Below are positions 33,179-44,265 of a DNA stretch of 53,334 nucleotides, in pieces. The stretch comes from Macrostomum lignano (lineage: Eukaryota): assembly GCA_002269645.1 (NCBI GenBank), contig NIVC01004248.1, positions 1 to 53,334 of the forward strand, read 5' to 3'. Every line of letters starts with the position of its first letter. Position 1 is the first letter of the stretch. The notes below the pieces were generated by a model. It did no database searches and had not been told where the DNA came from. It saw only the letters and a program-made list of their open reading frames with translations. A program made the position numbers and the translations under genes.

Positions 33179-33741
33179 AGCTTTTGCAGCCTATGGCAGT
33201 CGGAAGCAACCAACAAAGGTGAAAATTAACCGCACAAAATCTGTTATATTTGATAATGTTGATAATTCCGCAAAATTTTGCACGTTTTATTGAACAAATA
33301 CAGTTTCGTTAATTAATTTAATTTTTAATAGTTCAGTGGGTTCAGACAACAGTTGACCCGCAAGCAGTTAATTGCATATACTGAACAGTCACAACAGCAC
33401 AGGAAATTCAGTTTAAATTTACGACAGACAATTATTGACACAAGGTGCTGAGAAATACACAGATATAATCGTAGAACAAAACACGCATAAAAAATCGCTG
33501 ATATTTTTGCAAAAAGTTTTACTTTATCTGTTTATCAAAAGCAAACATTAATTTGGACAGAGCAGACGCGACTGACACTCGGGCCTTGGTTCGATTCCGG
33601 GTGTCGGCCACTCGCACTTATACACTTATGAGGGCCAACCCCCAAGGCGAAGAAGGTGTACATCCTCTCGACCAAGGCTTCACGCAGTGGGTGGCCCACA
33701 ACAAGACTCTCTGTTCACTACAGGCAGGTACAACAAGACTG

Positions 33742-35106
33742 TTAAGTTGGGTTTTGCCTTGGAGAGCCATGAAACTTCTCAGAGCTGCTGCTCTCTCTCG
33801 CCGCCTGCGGGCTGACGTTGGTGTGATGGAAGGTGGCGCACCCGCCGCCAGTCAGGGTCAGGTGCGGGTTGCTGCCTGGGCTGCTCCGTGTGGCCTTGCG
33901 ATAGGTGCAGACCCCGGTGCCAGGCGTGCCGCCCCGACCACAGAACTGCCTCAAGATGGAGGTGGTGCAGGTGTAAATGAAGAAGTTGCAGAGAGAGTCC
34001 AGCTCGACCAGAATGTTGACGACAAGCTCAGTCAGGGGCGCCTTGTTCTTCACGAAACCGAATATGTCAGTGGGACTCTCCAGAATCAGGCAGGTGAGAG
34101 ACAGAGCTACGATGAGGCGGATGCTGGCTCGCTCGCGTTTCGCCTGTCGCTGACTGCTGAGGCCGGCGGCTCGCTGATTTTTGTCGGACACTGCAGGCGG
34201 CTGCCGGCGTCGGGACTGCCGAGTCTCCGGCGGCTCGACGGACACCTTGTCGATGTCGTTAATTAGACAGGCAGCCTGATCCGGCCCGCTGTGCGCTCTG
34301 GCAGCTGCATGCTCCACTGCTCTGTCCTCTATGTGCTCTGTCCAGTTAACGCTGGTGACCGATTTTTCATGGGCTCGATATCGATAGCGGCCACGGATGC
34401 GCCTCGGAAGCGGCTGCTGACTGCCTCTCGATGCCGGGGCTGCTGGCGGCGAGCACAGGCGCTTTCTCAGCTGGCTGGCATTCCTCAGCACCACCACAGT
34501 GATTATGGTGGCCACCAGGATGGACAGGATCGGCACCATGCCCTGGTAGGCGTAGAACACGATCTCGATCGCGTGCACCTGACCGCCGCTCCAGCCGAAC
34601 CTCCCAGTCAGCCTGCCGTCCTGGGCCAGCACCATCAGCAAGCTCAGTACTAAGCCGATAATTGCTGCCCCAGTTTCCATAGCAACCAGGTAGGCCGGCT
34701 TGAAAGCTGTACTGCCCGATCTGCTGCTAACCGGGTTGAACACCGCTTCAACTCGAGACCAGGAGATCAGACCCATTGTCCAGTTCCTCATGGTCAGAGA
34801 GAATCTCAGCACGGTGTAGAGAACCAGCATCTCCACTGGAGTCTCCATGTCCGATTGGGCACTGTAGTGCAGCAGCTGGGTAGCGTAGGTGATAATCACG
34901 GACAGGTGAAACAGCAGCTCGAACACGGACATTGTCACCACCAGGCGCCGGAGCACCGGGTGCACAGCTTTGTCCTTCACCAGAAAGAACAGAGCCGAGA
35001 AGGCGGACAGAATGGCATTCAAAGTTGACAGCGGAATGTACACAAACGGCTCGGCTGGGTGACGACCGCTGCTGGACGCGGAGGCATCAGCGATGGACGA
35101 GTTCAT
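33742..35106 (-). CDS. Intronless divergent class A (rhodopsin-like) GPCR, about 454 aa
   Basis: Seven hydrophobic segments. TM3 end SRVEAVFNP (DRY..V..P position), TM6 CLILESP, TM7 LCNFFIY, long third intracellular loop. First ATG is at 35106; the ORF track starts at an upstream TTG. Confidence 0.85.
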   Translation of the reverse strand: MNSSIADASASSSGRHPAEPFVYIPLSTLNAILSAFSALFFLVKDKAVHPVLRRLVVTMSVFELLFHLSVIITYATQLLHYSAQSDMETPVEMLVLYTVLRFSLTMRNWTMGLISWSRVEAVFNPVSSRSGSTAFKPAYLVAMETGAAIIGLVLSLLMVLAQDGRLTGRFGWSGGQVHAIEIVFYAYQGMVPILSILVATIITVVVLRNASQLRKRLCSPPAAPASRGSQQPLPRRIRGRYRYRAHEKSVTSVNWTEHIEDRAVEHAAARAHSGPDQAACLINDIDKVSVEPPETRQSRRRQPPAVSDKNQRAAGLSSQRQAKRERASIRLIVALSLTCLILESPTDIFGFVKNKAPLTELVVNILVELDSLCNFFIYTCTTSILRQFCGRGGTPGTGVCTYRKATRSSPGSNPHLTLTGGGCATFHHTNVSPQAARESSSSEKFHGSPRQNPT

Positions 35107-35524
35107 GCTCCCCGTAGGCGTTGACAAGGACGCAAATTTTTGCTGTCAATAATAGTACAAACTACTCAGCTCTCGTTAATCAAGCCGTTTTTTGAAGTAA
35201 ACCAACCTAAAACCTAAGGCTTATAAATGCAACTCTTGAGAGAGTACTCTGCTCTGCATGAGCACAGTTTTAGACCCTGCTTACCCAGCCAATGGCAGGT
35301 CAGTTCTAAGCTCCAACCTCCCGTAGTAAGCAGACTCTGTCAGGGATGTGATTAGTGCTGAACAGGGATGGCTGACACACGTTAATGCTTGCCAAGTCAC
35401 TTCGAAGGGAAAATGCTACTTCTATAAGCCAGCAGTTGACAGCACGACTGTTGAAGACCTTCGGTGGAACCGTTCTGCAATCTAATATTTCCTAGCATCG
35501 GGGGCGCTTAACTGGAGGGCTCCA

Positions 35525-35810
35525 CTGTCTCTTGGTAGGCGCCCCTGTCTCTTGGTTGGCGCCCCGTCTCTTGGTTGGCGCCCCTGTCTCTTGGTGGGCG
35601 CCCCTGTCTCTTAATAGGCGCCCCTGTCTCTTGGTTGGCGCCCCTGTCTCTTGGTTGGCGCCCCTGTCTCCTTATAGGCGCCCCTGTCTCTTATTAGGCG
35701 CCCCTGTCTCTTATTAGGCGCCCCTGTCTCTTGGTTGGCGCCCCTGTCTCTTGGTTGGCGCCCCCGTCACTTGGTTGGCGCCCCCGTCACTTAGTTGGCG
35801 CCCCTGTCTC
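35525..35810. repeat. 20-bp minisatellite (GGCGCCCCTGTCTCTTGGTT)
   Basis: 20-bp period. Confidence 0.9.
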
Positions 35811-36237
35811 TCATCCAAAAGAAGCAAAGTCTGTCGTGTTATTTTTATTGTACAGTAGAACGTGGTTACAGTGTTTAATGAGGAGGCAGCGCCCCCCCCC
35901 CATCAGCGTATGTACGCCACTGTATCAGGTAGGATTTAGTTCGCTTTTTAAATCCTTGATCTCGTGTTCACTTCGAAAAAATTCTAACTAAGCCTTTCCT
36001 AGAAATAAATTACACTCCAACACAGTCCTCTCGGCCGCCTCTTTCCTGTTCTGACTGCAGCTCACTTGAGTTGAATCTCAATTGTGTAGAATTAGAAATA
36101 ATGAAGCATGCACAAGCGGATTAATTTCTACGCGCTATTGGCTGTAGAAAGCTGTTTGTACGGAAACTGAGTATATTGGTAACTATGCATGCGAGTAAAT
36201 GCAGAAAGTACTTATCTGTCGGGATATTTTTTGCGCT

Positions 36238-37535
36238 GACACCCTACTCAAATGAAATGGCACCCTACTCAAATGAAACGGCACCCTACTCAAATGAAAC
36301 GGCACCCTACTCAATAGAAATGGCACCCTACTCAAATGAAATGGCACCCTACTCAAATGAAACGGCACCCTACTCAAATGAAACGGCACCCTACTCAAAT
36401 GAAATGGCACCCTACTCAAATGAAACGGCACCCTACTCAAATGAAATGGCACCCTACTCAAATGAAACGGCACCCTACTCAAATGAAATAACACTCTTCT
36501 CAATAGAAACGGCACCCTACTCAAATGAAATGACACCCTACTCAAATGAAATGACACCCTACTCAAATGAAATGACACCCTACTCAAATGAAATGACACC
36601 CTACTCAAATGAAATGACACCCTACTCAAATGAAATGACACCCTACTCAAATGAAATGACACCCTACTCAAATGAAATGGCACCCTACTCAAATGAAATG
36701 ACACCCTACTCAAATGAAATGGCACCCTACTCAAATGAAATGACACCCTACTCAAATGAAATGGCACCCTACTCAAATGAAATGGCGGCTCTACTCAATT
36801 TAAATGGCACCCTACTCAAATGAAATGGCGGCTCTACTCAATTTAAATGGCGGCTCTACTCAATTTAAATGGCACCCTACTCAATAGAAATGGCACCCTA
36901 CTCAAATGAAATGGCACCCTACTCAAATGAAACGGCACCCTACTCAAATGAAATGGCGGCTCTACTCAATTTAAATGGCGGCTCTACTCAATTTAAATGG
37001 CACCCTACTCAATAGAAATGGCACCCTACTCAAATGAAACGGCACCCTACTCAAATGAAACGGCACCCTACTCAAATGAAATGGCACCCTACTCAATAGA
37101 AATGGCACCCTACTCAAATGAAATGGCACCCTACTCAAATGAAACGGCACCCTACTCAAATGAAATGGCACCCTACTCAATAGAAATGGCACCCTACTCA
37201 AATGAAACGGCACCCTACTCAAATGAAACGGCACCCTACTCAAATGAAACGGCACCCTACTCAAATGAAATGGCACCCTACTCAATAGAAATTGCATCCT
37301 ACTCAAATGAAACGGCACCCTAATCAAATTAAATGGCACCCTAATCAAATTAAATGGCACCCTACTCAAATGAAATGGCACCCTACTCAATAGAAATGGC
37401 ACCCTACTCAATAGAAATGGCATCCTACTCAAATGAAACGGCACCCTAATCAAATTAAATGGCACCCTATTCAAATGAAATGGCACCCTACTCAAATGAA
37501 ATGGCACCATACTCAATTTAACTGGCACTCTACTC
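36238..37535. repeat. 21-bp minisatellite (GGCACCCTACTCAAATGAAAT)
   Basis: 21-bp period, about 1.3 kb. Confidence 0.95.
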
Positions 37536-38639
37536 AACTGAAATAAGTACGCCTCTTAATATGAAAGCTCTTGGCTTGTCCCAGGTGTCGCAGGCAAGTA
37601 ATGGGCTAACTGAAATTTTCGTGGTTGAATGAATGCATCAATAATTGATGCTGTTTGGTCAGTCAGCACAGAAAGGTGTTTAAATTTCTCAGAAACTGCA
37701 GGTGAAGTTGGGGTGAGGGCAGTGCAGGTAACTTGAGAGTTTGTAATCGAATAAAATGTCCATTACATGTTGTGTTTTGTCCATAAAACGTTAATGTTAT
37801 GTCTATAAGAGGTCAATATTTCCTGTCTATAAGATCCAAAACTTGTTTAGAAAGCCTGTCTAATCAATACTAATCCTACGAATGTAAGACAAGAAGGTCA
37901 TGTGTGTTTTCCGACAGATGGCGTAAGTGTGTGCTATTTATTTACTCATTTTCTTGTAGCAACATTGCACTTAATCCACAAAGAAAAGCATCAAATATGT
38001 TTCGCTTCTGTGTCTATCTACAATATTCTAAATAGAACTTGGTTTTTTTATTGTCTTAAATTTCAGACGAATCCTGTATGTATAATAGAATATTTACTGT
38101 ATACAATCTGTAAGCCTAGCAACTGAAATAGTAACAGCGAGTCTGTACGGCACCCGACAGCAGAAGGTGCATGCACCGAAGCGGATCAACTGCTGACTAT
38201 AGAATCAGGAAAAAATTTTTAAAATACAGAATCATTCCGACTGACTGATTGACTGCATGTGCACTTCAATTAGAATGAAAATCTCCCCTCTATACATAGC
38301 TCTATCTGCGTGTGCAGCGAATGGAAGACAGCAGGCAAGACTGCGGAGGCGGAGACGCTGTACCTACAATAAAAGTGCTAACGGATCGATGTAGGGATTC
38401 AATCTAAATTTATACAAAGCTAATCACCCTGCCGCCTACAAACAGCCATCTAACGATTAATTTGACAACAGCTGGACAAAGTGGCGGATCAACTTGAACT
38501 GGGAATTTATATCTACTAGTAATTTGGAACAGTAGTATCCAACCGGAACTAAGTGCTTCGCTACCAACCTGATGGATATTTTTACTTGATTTTTTGTTCG
38601 TTGCGCCTTATCTCAAACCTTAGGGCGATTCTGTCTAGC

Positions 38640-38885
38640 ACATGTGACACTGCTGTCTAACACACAGGTGACATTGCTGTCTAACAGGTGACATTGCTGT
38701 CTAGCAGGTGACACAACAATCTAAGACACAGGTGACACTGCTGTCTAACACACAGGTGACACAACTATCTAACACACAGGTGACACTTCTGTCTAACACA
38801 CAGGTGGCCCTGCTGTCTAACACACAGGTGGCCCTGCTTTCTAACACACAGGTGACACTGCTGTCTAACACACTCAGATGACACT
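38640..38885. repeat. ~24-bp repeat (ACACACAGGTGACACTGCTGTCTA)
   Basis: Read directly. Confidence 0.8.
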
Positions 38886-39679
38886 CCTAAAAGATTGACA
38901 AACCCACATTTAAAAAATCAGAAGCACTTTTAAGCTCCCACAGTGCATTTCATTTCCTACAGATCATCAATAAAAGTGTTGGCTATTCTATAATACAGCA
39001 AACACGAAAGTAATAATCTCCGATTGTCGCCCATAATCTCCGATTGTCGCCCCATAATCTCCTTAAGAGATTTTAAGAATTGAAAGCATCAAAGTACAGT
39101 GAGCCTAAGGATTTCGTTAAGACTTTAAGAATCCCAAGAGAGGATATGCACGGGGAGAAATACGCGGATTGAGAAAACTGAACGGTCTCCTATAAATTAT
39201 TTGAGCAGATGTCGCGACAGAACAGTGGAGGGGAGGAGAGGGGGAGGCCAATCAAGTCTGAACGATTCCACGAAACCAGAAAGTAGATAAGAGAGGGAGG
39301 GAGATAATTAGCTGGGTCCCAGGAAGTGCGGGACGTGAAGATGATGGAGGGCACAGAGAGATTGAAGATAATTGCGATGCCTGCTCAATTCAAGCGGCTT
39401 AAAATGGCACGAAGGAGTTTAAGAGATCGTTTCAAGATGAGGCGCATTAATGGTTATGGAAAACTAAACCAGGCTAAAAAATCCTAAACATAATATAAGT
39501 GTACCGAGGGACCAAAACTCACTGAAAGTCGCTTAGAATTATAATAAAATGAGTATTAATAGTAAAGTAAGCTACATGTAAATTTGAGCGGCAAAATGTG
39601 TCAGACTTCGTGTCAGAAGTCTATCAGATTGAATATGAGGAGGTCAATGTGTCAGGAAGTGCCAAGCTGACTGTCAAAG

Positions 39680-40185
39680 TGACTGTCAGATGGTGCCGAG
39701 CTGATTGTCAGATGGTGTCAAACTAACTGTCAGATGGTGTCAAACTGACTGCCAGATGGTGTCAAACTGACTGTCAGATGTGTCAAACTGACTGTCAGAT
39801 GGTGTCAAACTGACTGTCAGATGGTGTCAAACTGACTGTCAGATGGTGTCAAACTGACTGTCAGATGGTGTCAAACTGACTGTCAGATGGTGTCAAACTG
39901 ACTGTCAGATTATGTCAAACTGACTGTCAGGTGGTGTCAAACTGACTGTCAGATGGTGTGTCAAACTGACTGTCAGGTGGTGTCAAACTGACTGTCAGAT
40001 GGTGTCAAACTGACTGTCAGGTGGTGTCAAACTGAGTCAGATAGTGTCAAACTGTTAGATGTGTCAAACTGACTGTCAGATGGTGTGTCAAACTGACTGT
40101 CAGGTGGTGTCAAACTGACAGTCAGATAGTGTCAAACTGTCAGATGATGTCAAACTGACAGTCAGATAGTGTCAAACTGACTCTC
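39680..40185. repeat. 22-bp minisatellite (TGTCAAACTGACTGTCAGATGG)
   Basis: 22-bp period. Confidence 0.9.
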
Positions 40186-40824
40186 AAAAATGTTCTCAAT
40201 CTGAGCAAAACAAAATGATTTTAACATTGATTAAACAAAATGACAAAAACTTGATCTGCCTTATTAGCAATCGATGAAAACACACAGAGCAAGGCTTGCC
40301 TAGCGAAAACAGAGATAATTTATTTAATCCTACTGAGTGGCAAAGAATTTTATTATATTCATAATCAAAACGGACAGAAGCAGCGAGCCAGAGGGGCAGC
40401 AAACTCTACACAGAATTAGCTTTAATTATTCTATATAATATGAATCGATGCATAGGCATAATTTCATTGCAACAGTAAAAACAGAATTACAGAAATCTTC
40501 GCGTCCCTAAGAAATGTTCAAATCTGTGCAAACATTGTAAGGCATATTTAATAAGCACATATCCAGTCTGTTTAATTAAAACTAGAGTTGAAATTGATGA
40601 TGCAGAGGTACAGCTGCCAGTGTACAGACTAGTGCAAAGCATTGTAAAGGAGATCCATTGTTAATAAAGGCACAACGCTACATAAAAGTTAAAGGGTAAT
40701 ATAAAATAATTGAAAAACGACACTAAATTTATATATAAATATTGGTACAGTTTTGTTTTAACTGAAAAAATTGTTTACCATAAATTCATAAATAAAATTG
40801 TCACATTGCACTTCACTATCAAGC

Positions 40825-41465
40825 CTGTAACACTCCTGTCTAACATGTAACAGTCATTTGTAACATGTAACACTCCTGTCTAACATGTAACACTCCTGTC
40901 TAACATGTAACAGTCATTTGTAACATGTAACACTCCTGTTTAACATGTAACACTCCTGTCTAACATGTAACAGTCATTTGTAACATGTAACACTCCTGTT
41001 TAACATGTAACAGTAATTTGTAACATGTAACAGTCATTTGTAACATGTAACAGTCATTTGTAACATGTAACACTCCTGTCTAACATGTAACAGTCATTTG
41101 TAACATGTAACACTCCTGTATAACATGTAACAGTCATTTGTAACATGTAACACTCCTGTCTAACATGTAACAGTCATTTGTAACATGTAACAGTCATTTG
41201 TAACATGTAACACTCCTGTCTAACATGTAACAGTCATTTGTAACATGTAACACTCCTGTCTAACATGTAACAGTCATTTGTAACATGTAACACTCCTAGT
41301 CCTATCTAACCTGTAACACTCCTGTCTAACCTGTAACACTCCTGTCTAATATGTAACACTCCTGTCTAACATGTAACACTCCTGTCTAACATGTAACACT
41401 CCTGTCTAACATGTAACACTCCTGTCTAATATGTAACACTCCTGTCTAACATGTAACACTCTTGT
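40825..41465. repeat. 20-bp minisatellite with two interspersed variants (TAACATGTAACACTCCTGTC / TAACATGTAACAGTCATTTG)
   Basis: 20-bp period. Confidence 0.95.
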
Positions 41466-42177
41466 AGAACAATGATTTAGAAAATGCAGAAACAAGAAAA
41501 GTTGCACTTATAACATATCTTATAACAACAGAGGTTGACAGAAAAGAGACGAGCATACTATATAAGTACATGTACTCCAGAAGTCACCGAAACTGCTAAG
41601 ATTAGTGCAACACATAAATTTACGTCAAAAAACGGTAAATCTTATTAAAATTAGAAACAGACCCCCACGTCAGCCAATTTAGAATCGCTTTCATTAAGTA
41701 CTTGACTGAGAACAATGGCGCTTGGAAAAATGACAAACCCAAAATTACCTTGTCAAAAAATTTAAACTGAAAATTCCAATTTTTGCATTGGTGCCATTAA
41801 TAAGGAATAAAAAACTAGATTGGGTTCTTCATCTTTCACGGGGGCTTAACAATTCTAAAATGCTTCCCCGGCGAGGCGGCTTTAGTATTTGTACTTTTCT
41901 CTGCTTAAGTCTTAAACATCTTCTGCATGGAAGCCACACAAGAGTTGAGTTTGAGTTCATTCCGGCAATACTATTGTCTTTTCCAAGTTCACGACGCGCG
42001 GCCATTGTTTTACAGCGTAACATTACTTTCTTGGGGTTTATAGAGGACCAGTTTGACAGCATTGCAGCACTCCTCCTCTCCTCAAGTAAATAGCAGTTTT
42101 TTGTTTCCTTTTTACTGGAATCATGCGTGTTTATACTACTTATGGAGTGACTTCTTGTTGTTATGAGGGGCGATAGA

Positions 42178-43380
42178 GTCAGCTGCTACCAGAGGTCTTT
42201 GTCGCGGTTGGGGAGGATCGGACAGATTCTCAGATAGTCAGCTGCTACCAGAGGTCTTTGTCGCGGTTGGGGAGGATCGGACAGATTCTCAGATAGTCAG
42301 CTGCTACCAGAGGTCTTTGTCGCGGTTGGGGAGGATGAGACAGCTTCTCAGATAGAGTCAGCTGCTACCAGAGGTCTTTGTCGCGGTTGGGGAGGATCGG
42401 ACAGATTCTCAGATAGAGTCAGCTGCTACCAGAGGTCTTTGTCGCGGTTGGGGAGGATCTGAGAGATTCTCAGATAGAGTCAGCTTGTACCAGAGGTCTT
42501 TGTCGCGGTTTGGGAGGATCTGAGAGATTCTCAGATAGAGTCAGCTGCTACCAGAGGTCTTTGTCGCGCTTGGGGAGGATCGGACAGATTCTCAGATAGT
42601 CAGCTGCTACCAGAGGTCTTTGTCGCGCTTGGGGAGGATCTGAGAGATTCTCAGATAGAGTCAGCTGCTACCAGAGGTCTTTGTCGCGCTTGGGGAGGAT
42701 CTGAGAGATTCTCAGATAGAGTCAGCTGCTACCAGAGGTCTTTGTCGCGGTTGGGGAGGATCTGAGAGATTCTCAGATAGTCAGCTGCTACCAGAGGTCT
42801 TTGTCGCGCTTGGGGAGGATCTGAGAGATTCTCAGATAGAGTCAGCTGCTACCAGAGGTCTTTGTCGCGGTTGGGGAGGATCTGAGAGATTGTCAGATAG
42901 AGTCAGCTGCTACCAGAGGTCTTTGTCGCGGTTGGGGAGGATCTGAGAGATTGTCAGACAGAGTCAGCTTGTACCAGAGGTCTTTGTCGCGGTTGGGGAG
43001 GATCTGAGAGATTCTCAGATAGAGTCAGCTTGTACCAGAGGTCTTTGTCGCGGTTGGGGAGGATCGGACAGATTCTCAGATAGAGTCAGCTGCTACCAGA
43101 GGTCTTTGTCGCGCTTGGGGAGGATCGGACAGATTCTCAGATAGAGTCAGCTGCTACCAGAGGTCTTTGTCGCGGTTGGGGAGGATCTGAGAGATTGTCA
43201 GATAGAGTCAGCTTGTACCAGAGGTCTTGTCCCGGTCGGGGAGGATCGGACAGATTGTCAGATAGACTCAGCTTGTACCAGAGGTATTTGTCGCGCTTGG
43301 GGAGGATTTTACAGATTCTCAGATAGAGTCAGCTGGTATCAGAGGTCTTTGTCGCGACTGGGGATCTGACAGATTCTCAG
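42178..43380. repeat. 59/61-bp minisatellite (GAGTCAGCTGCTACCAGAGGTCTTTGTCGCGGTTGGGGAGG...)
   Basis: About 20 tandem copies. Confidence 0.95.
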
Positions 43381-43391
43381 CACAAAAGTGA

Positions 43392-43874
43392 TCAATTGCC
43401 ATCAGAAGCAGAATCAGCGTTGGCTTTCTGCAAAGCCAGAGCCGCATTAATCTGCCGCTGCCGCTCCGCCGCACCGGGAGGTGGGCATTCGCCCATCAGG
43501 CCCTGGCGGTAGTCTTGCACCGCCTCGCGGATCTCCTGCTCTGTGCACATGGCGAACGGGCCGTACTTGACAACGGGTTCTCGCAAAGGCACACCGGCGC
43601 CAATCAACAGGTGGCAGGGCTCGCTGTCTGTGGACACTAAAAGAGATTCGCCTTGGCCGAGAGAGGCTCGCCAGTGCGGGGGCAGTGGCCGGCCGCCCAC
43701 AATGGCGCTTGAGCCGCTGAAGCAATAGGCGAATGCGCAGCCGTACTGGTCTGGGATCTGCGGGGAGCGAGGGGGACAGGTTTAGCGCGGTTTAGTGCAG
43801 TCATGCAGTGTATTATTGCCTTAGCATCTTTTTAGAATAATCTCATAGGTTGTCTGTCCCAGTGTGTCTGTCCG

Positions 43875-43967
<93 letters not shown>

Positions 43968-44232
43968 TGCCAGGACCTGCACCGGAGCGGTTACGAAAAT
44001 TAGATTTCTCGGTAGTTGTACGCACTCTTTTGCACTACTTGAGTAGTCTGATTTTCGTTCGGCATGGCTGGTTCCAGCAGGTAGTTCCTCAGGATAAAAG
44101 CGCTTACCGCGCCCATTGGCTTTCCAGCTGCCTTAATCGTTTCCGGTGATCTTGTGTGCGTGCTTTTAGCTTGATTGGCTGCGGCAAGCAAGCTCGAAAG
44201 AGCTCGCTTCGCTCGCTCTTTCTCGCTATCTA

Positions 44233-44265
<33 letters not shown>

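Noticed and set aside
33553-35117. + strand ORFs overlapping the GPCR, and similar antisense ORFs over the other genes
   Set aside because: Shadow frames of GC-rich coding sequence with no recognisable domains.
36200-37556. Possible TIRs (GTACTTAT / ATAAGTAC) around the 21-bp array
   Set aside because: Only an 8-bp inverted match and no target-site duplication.
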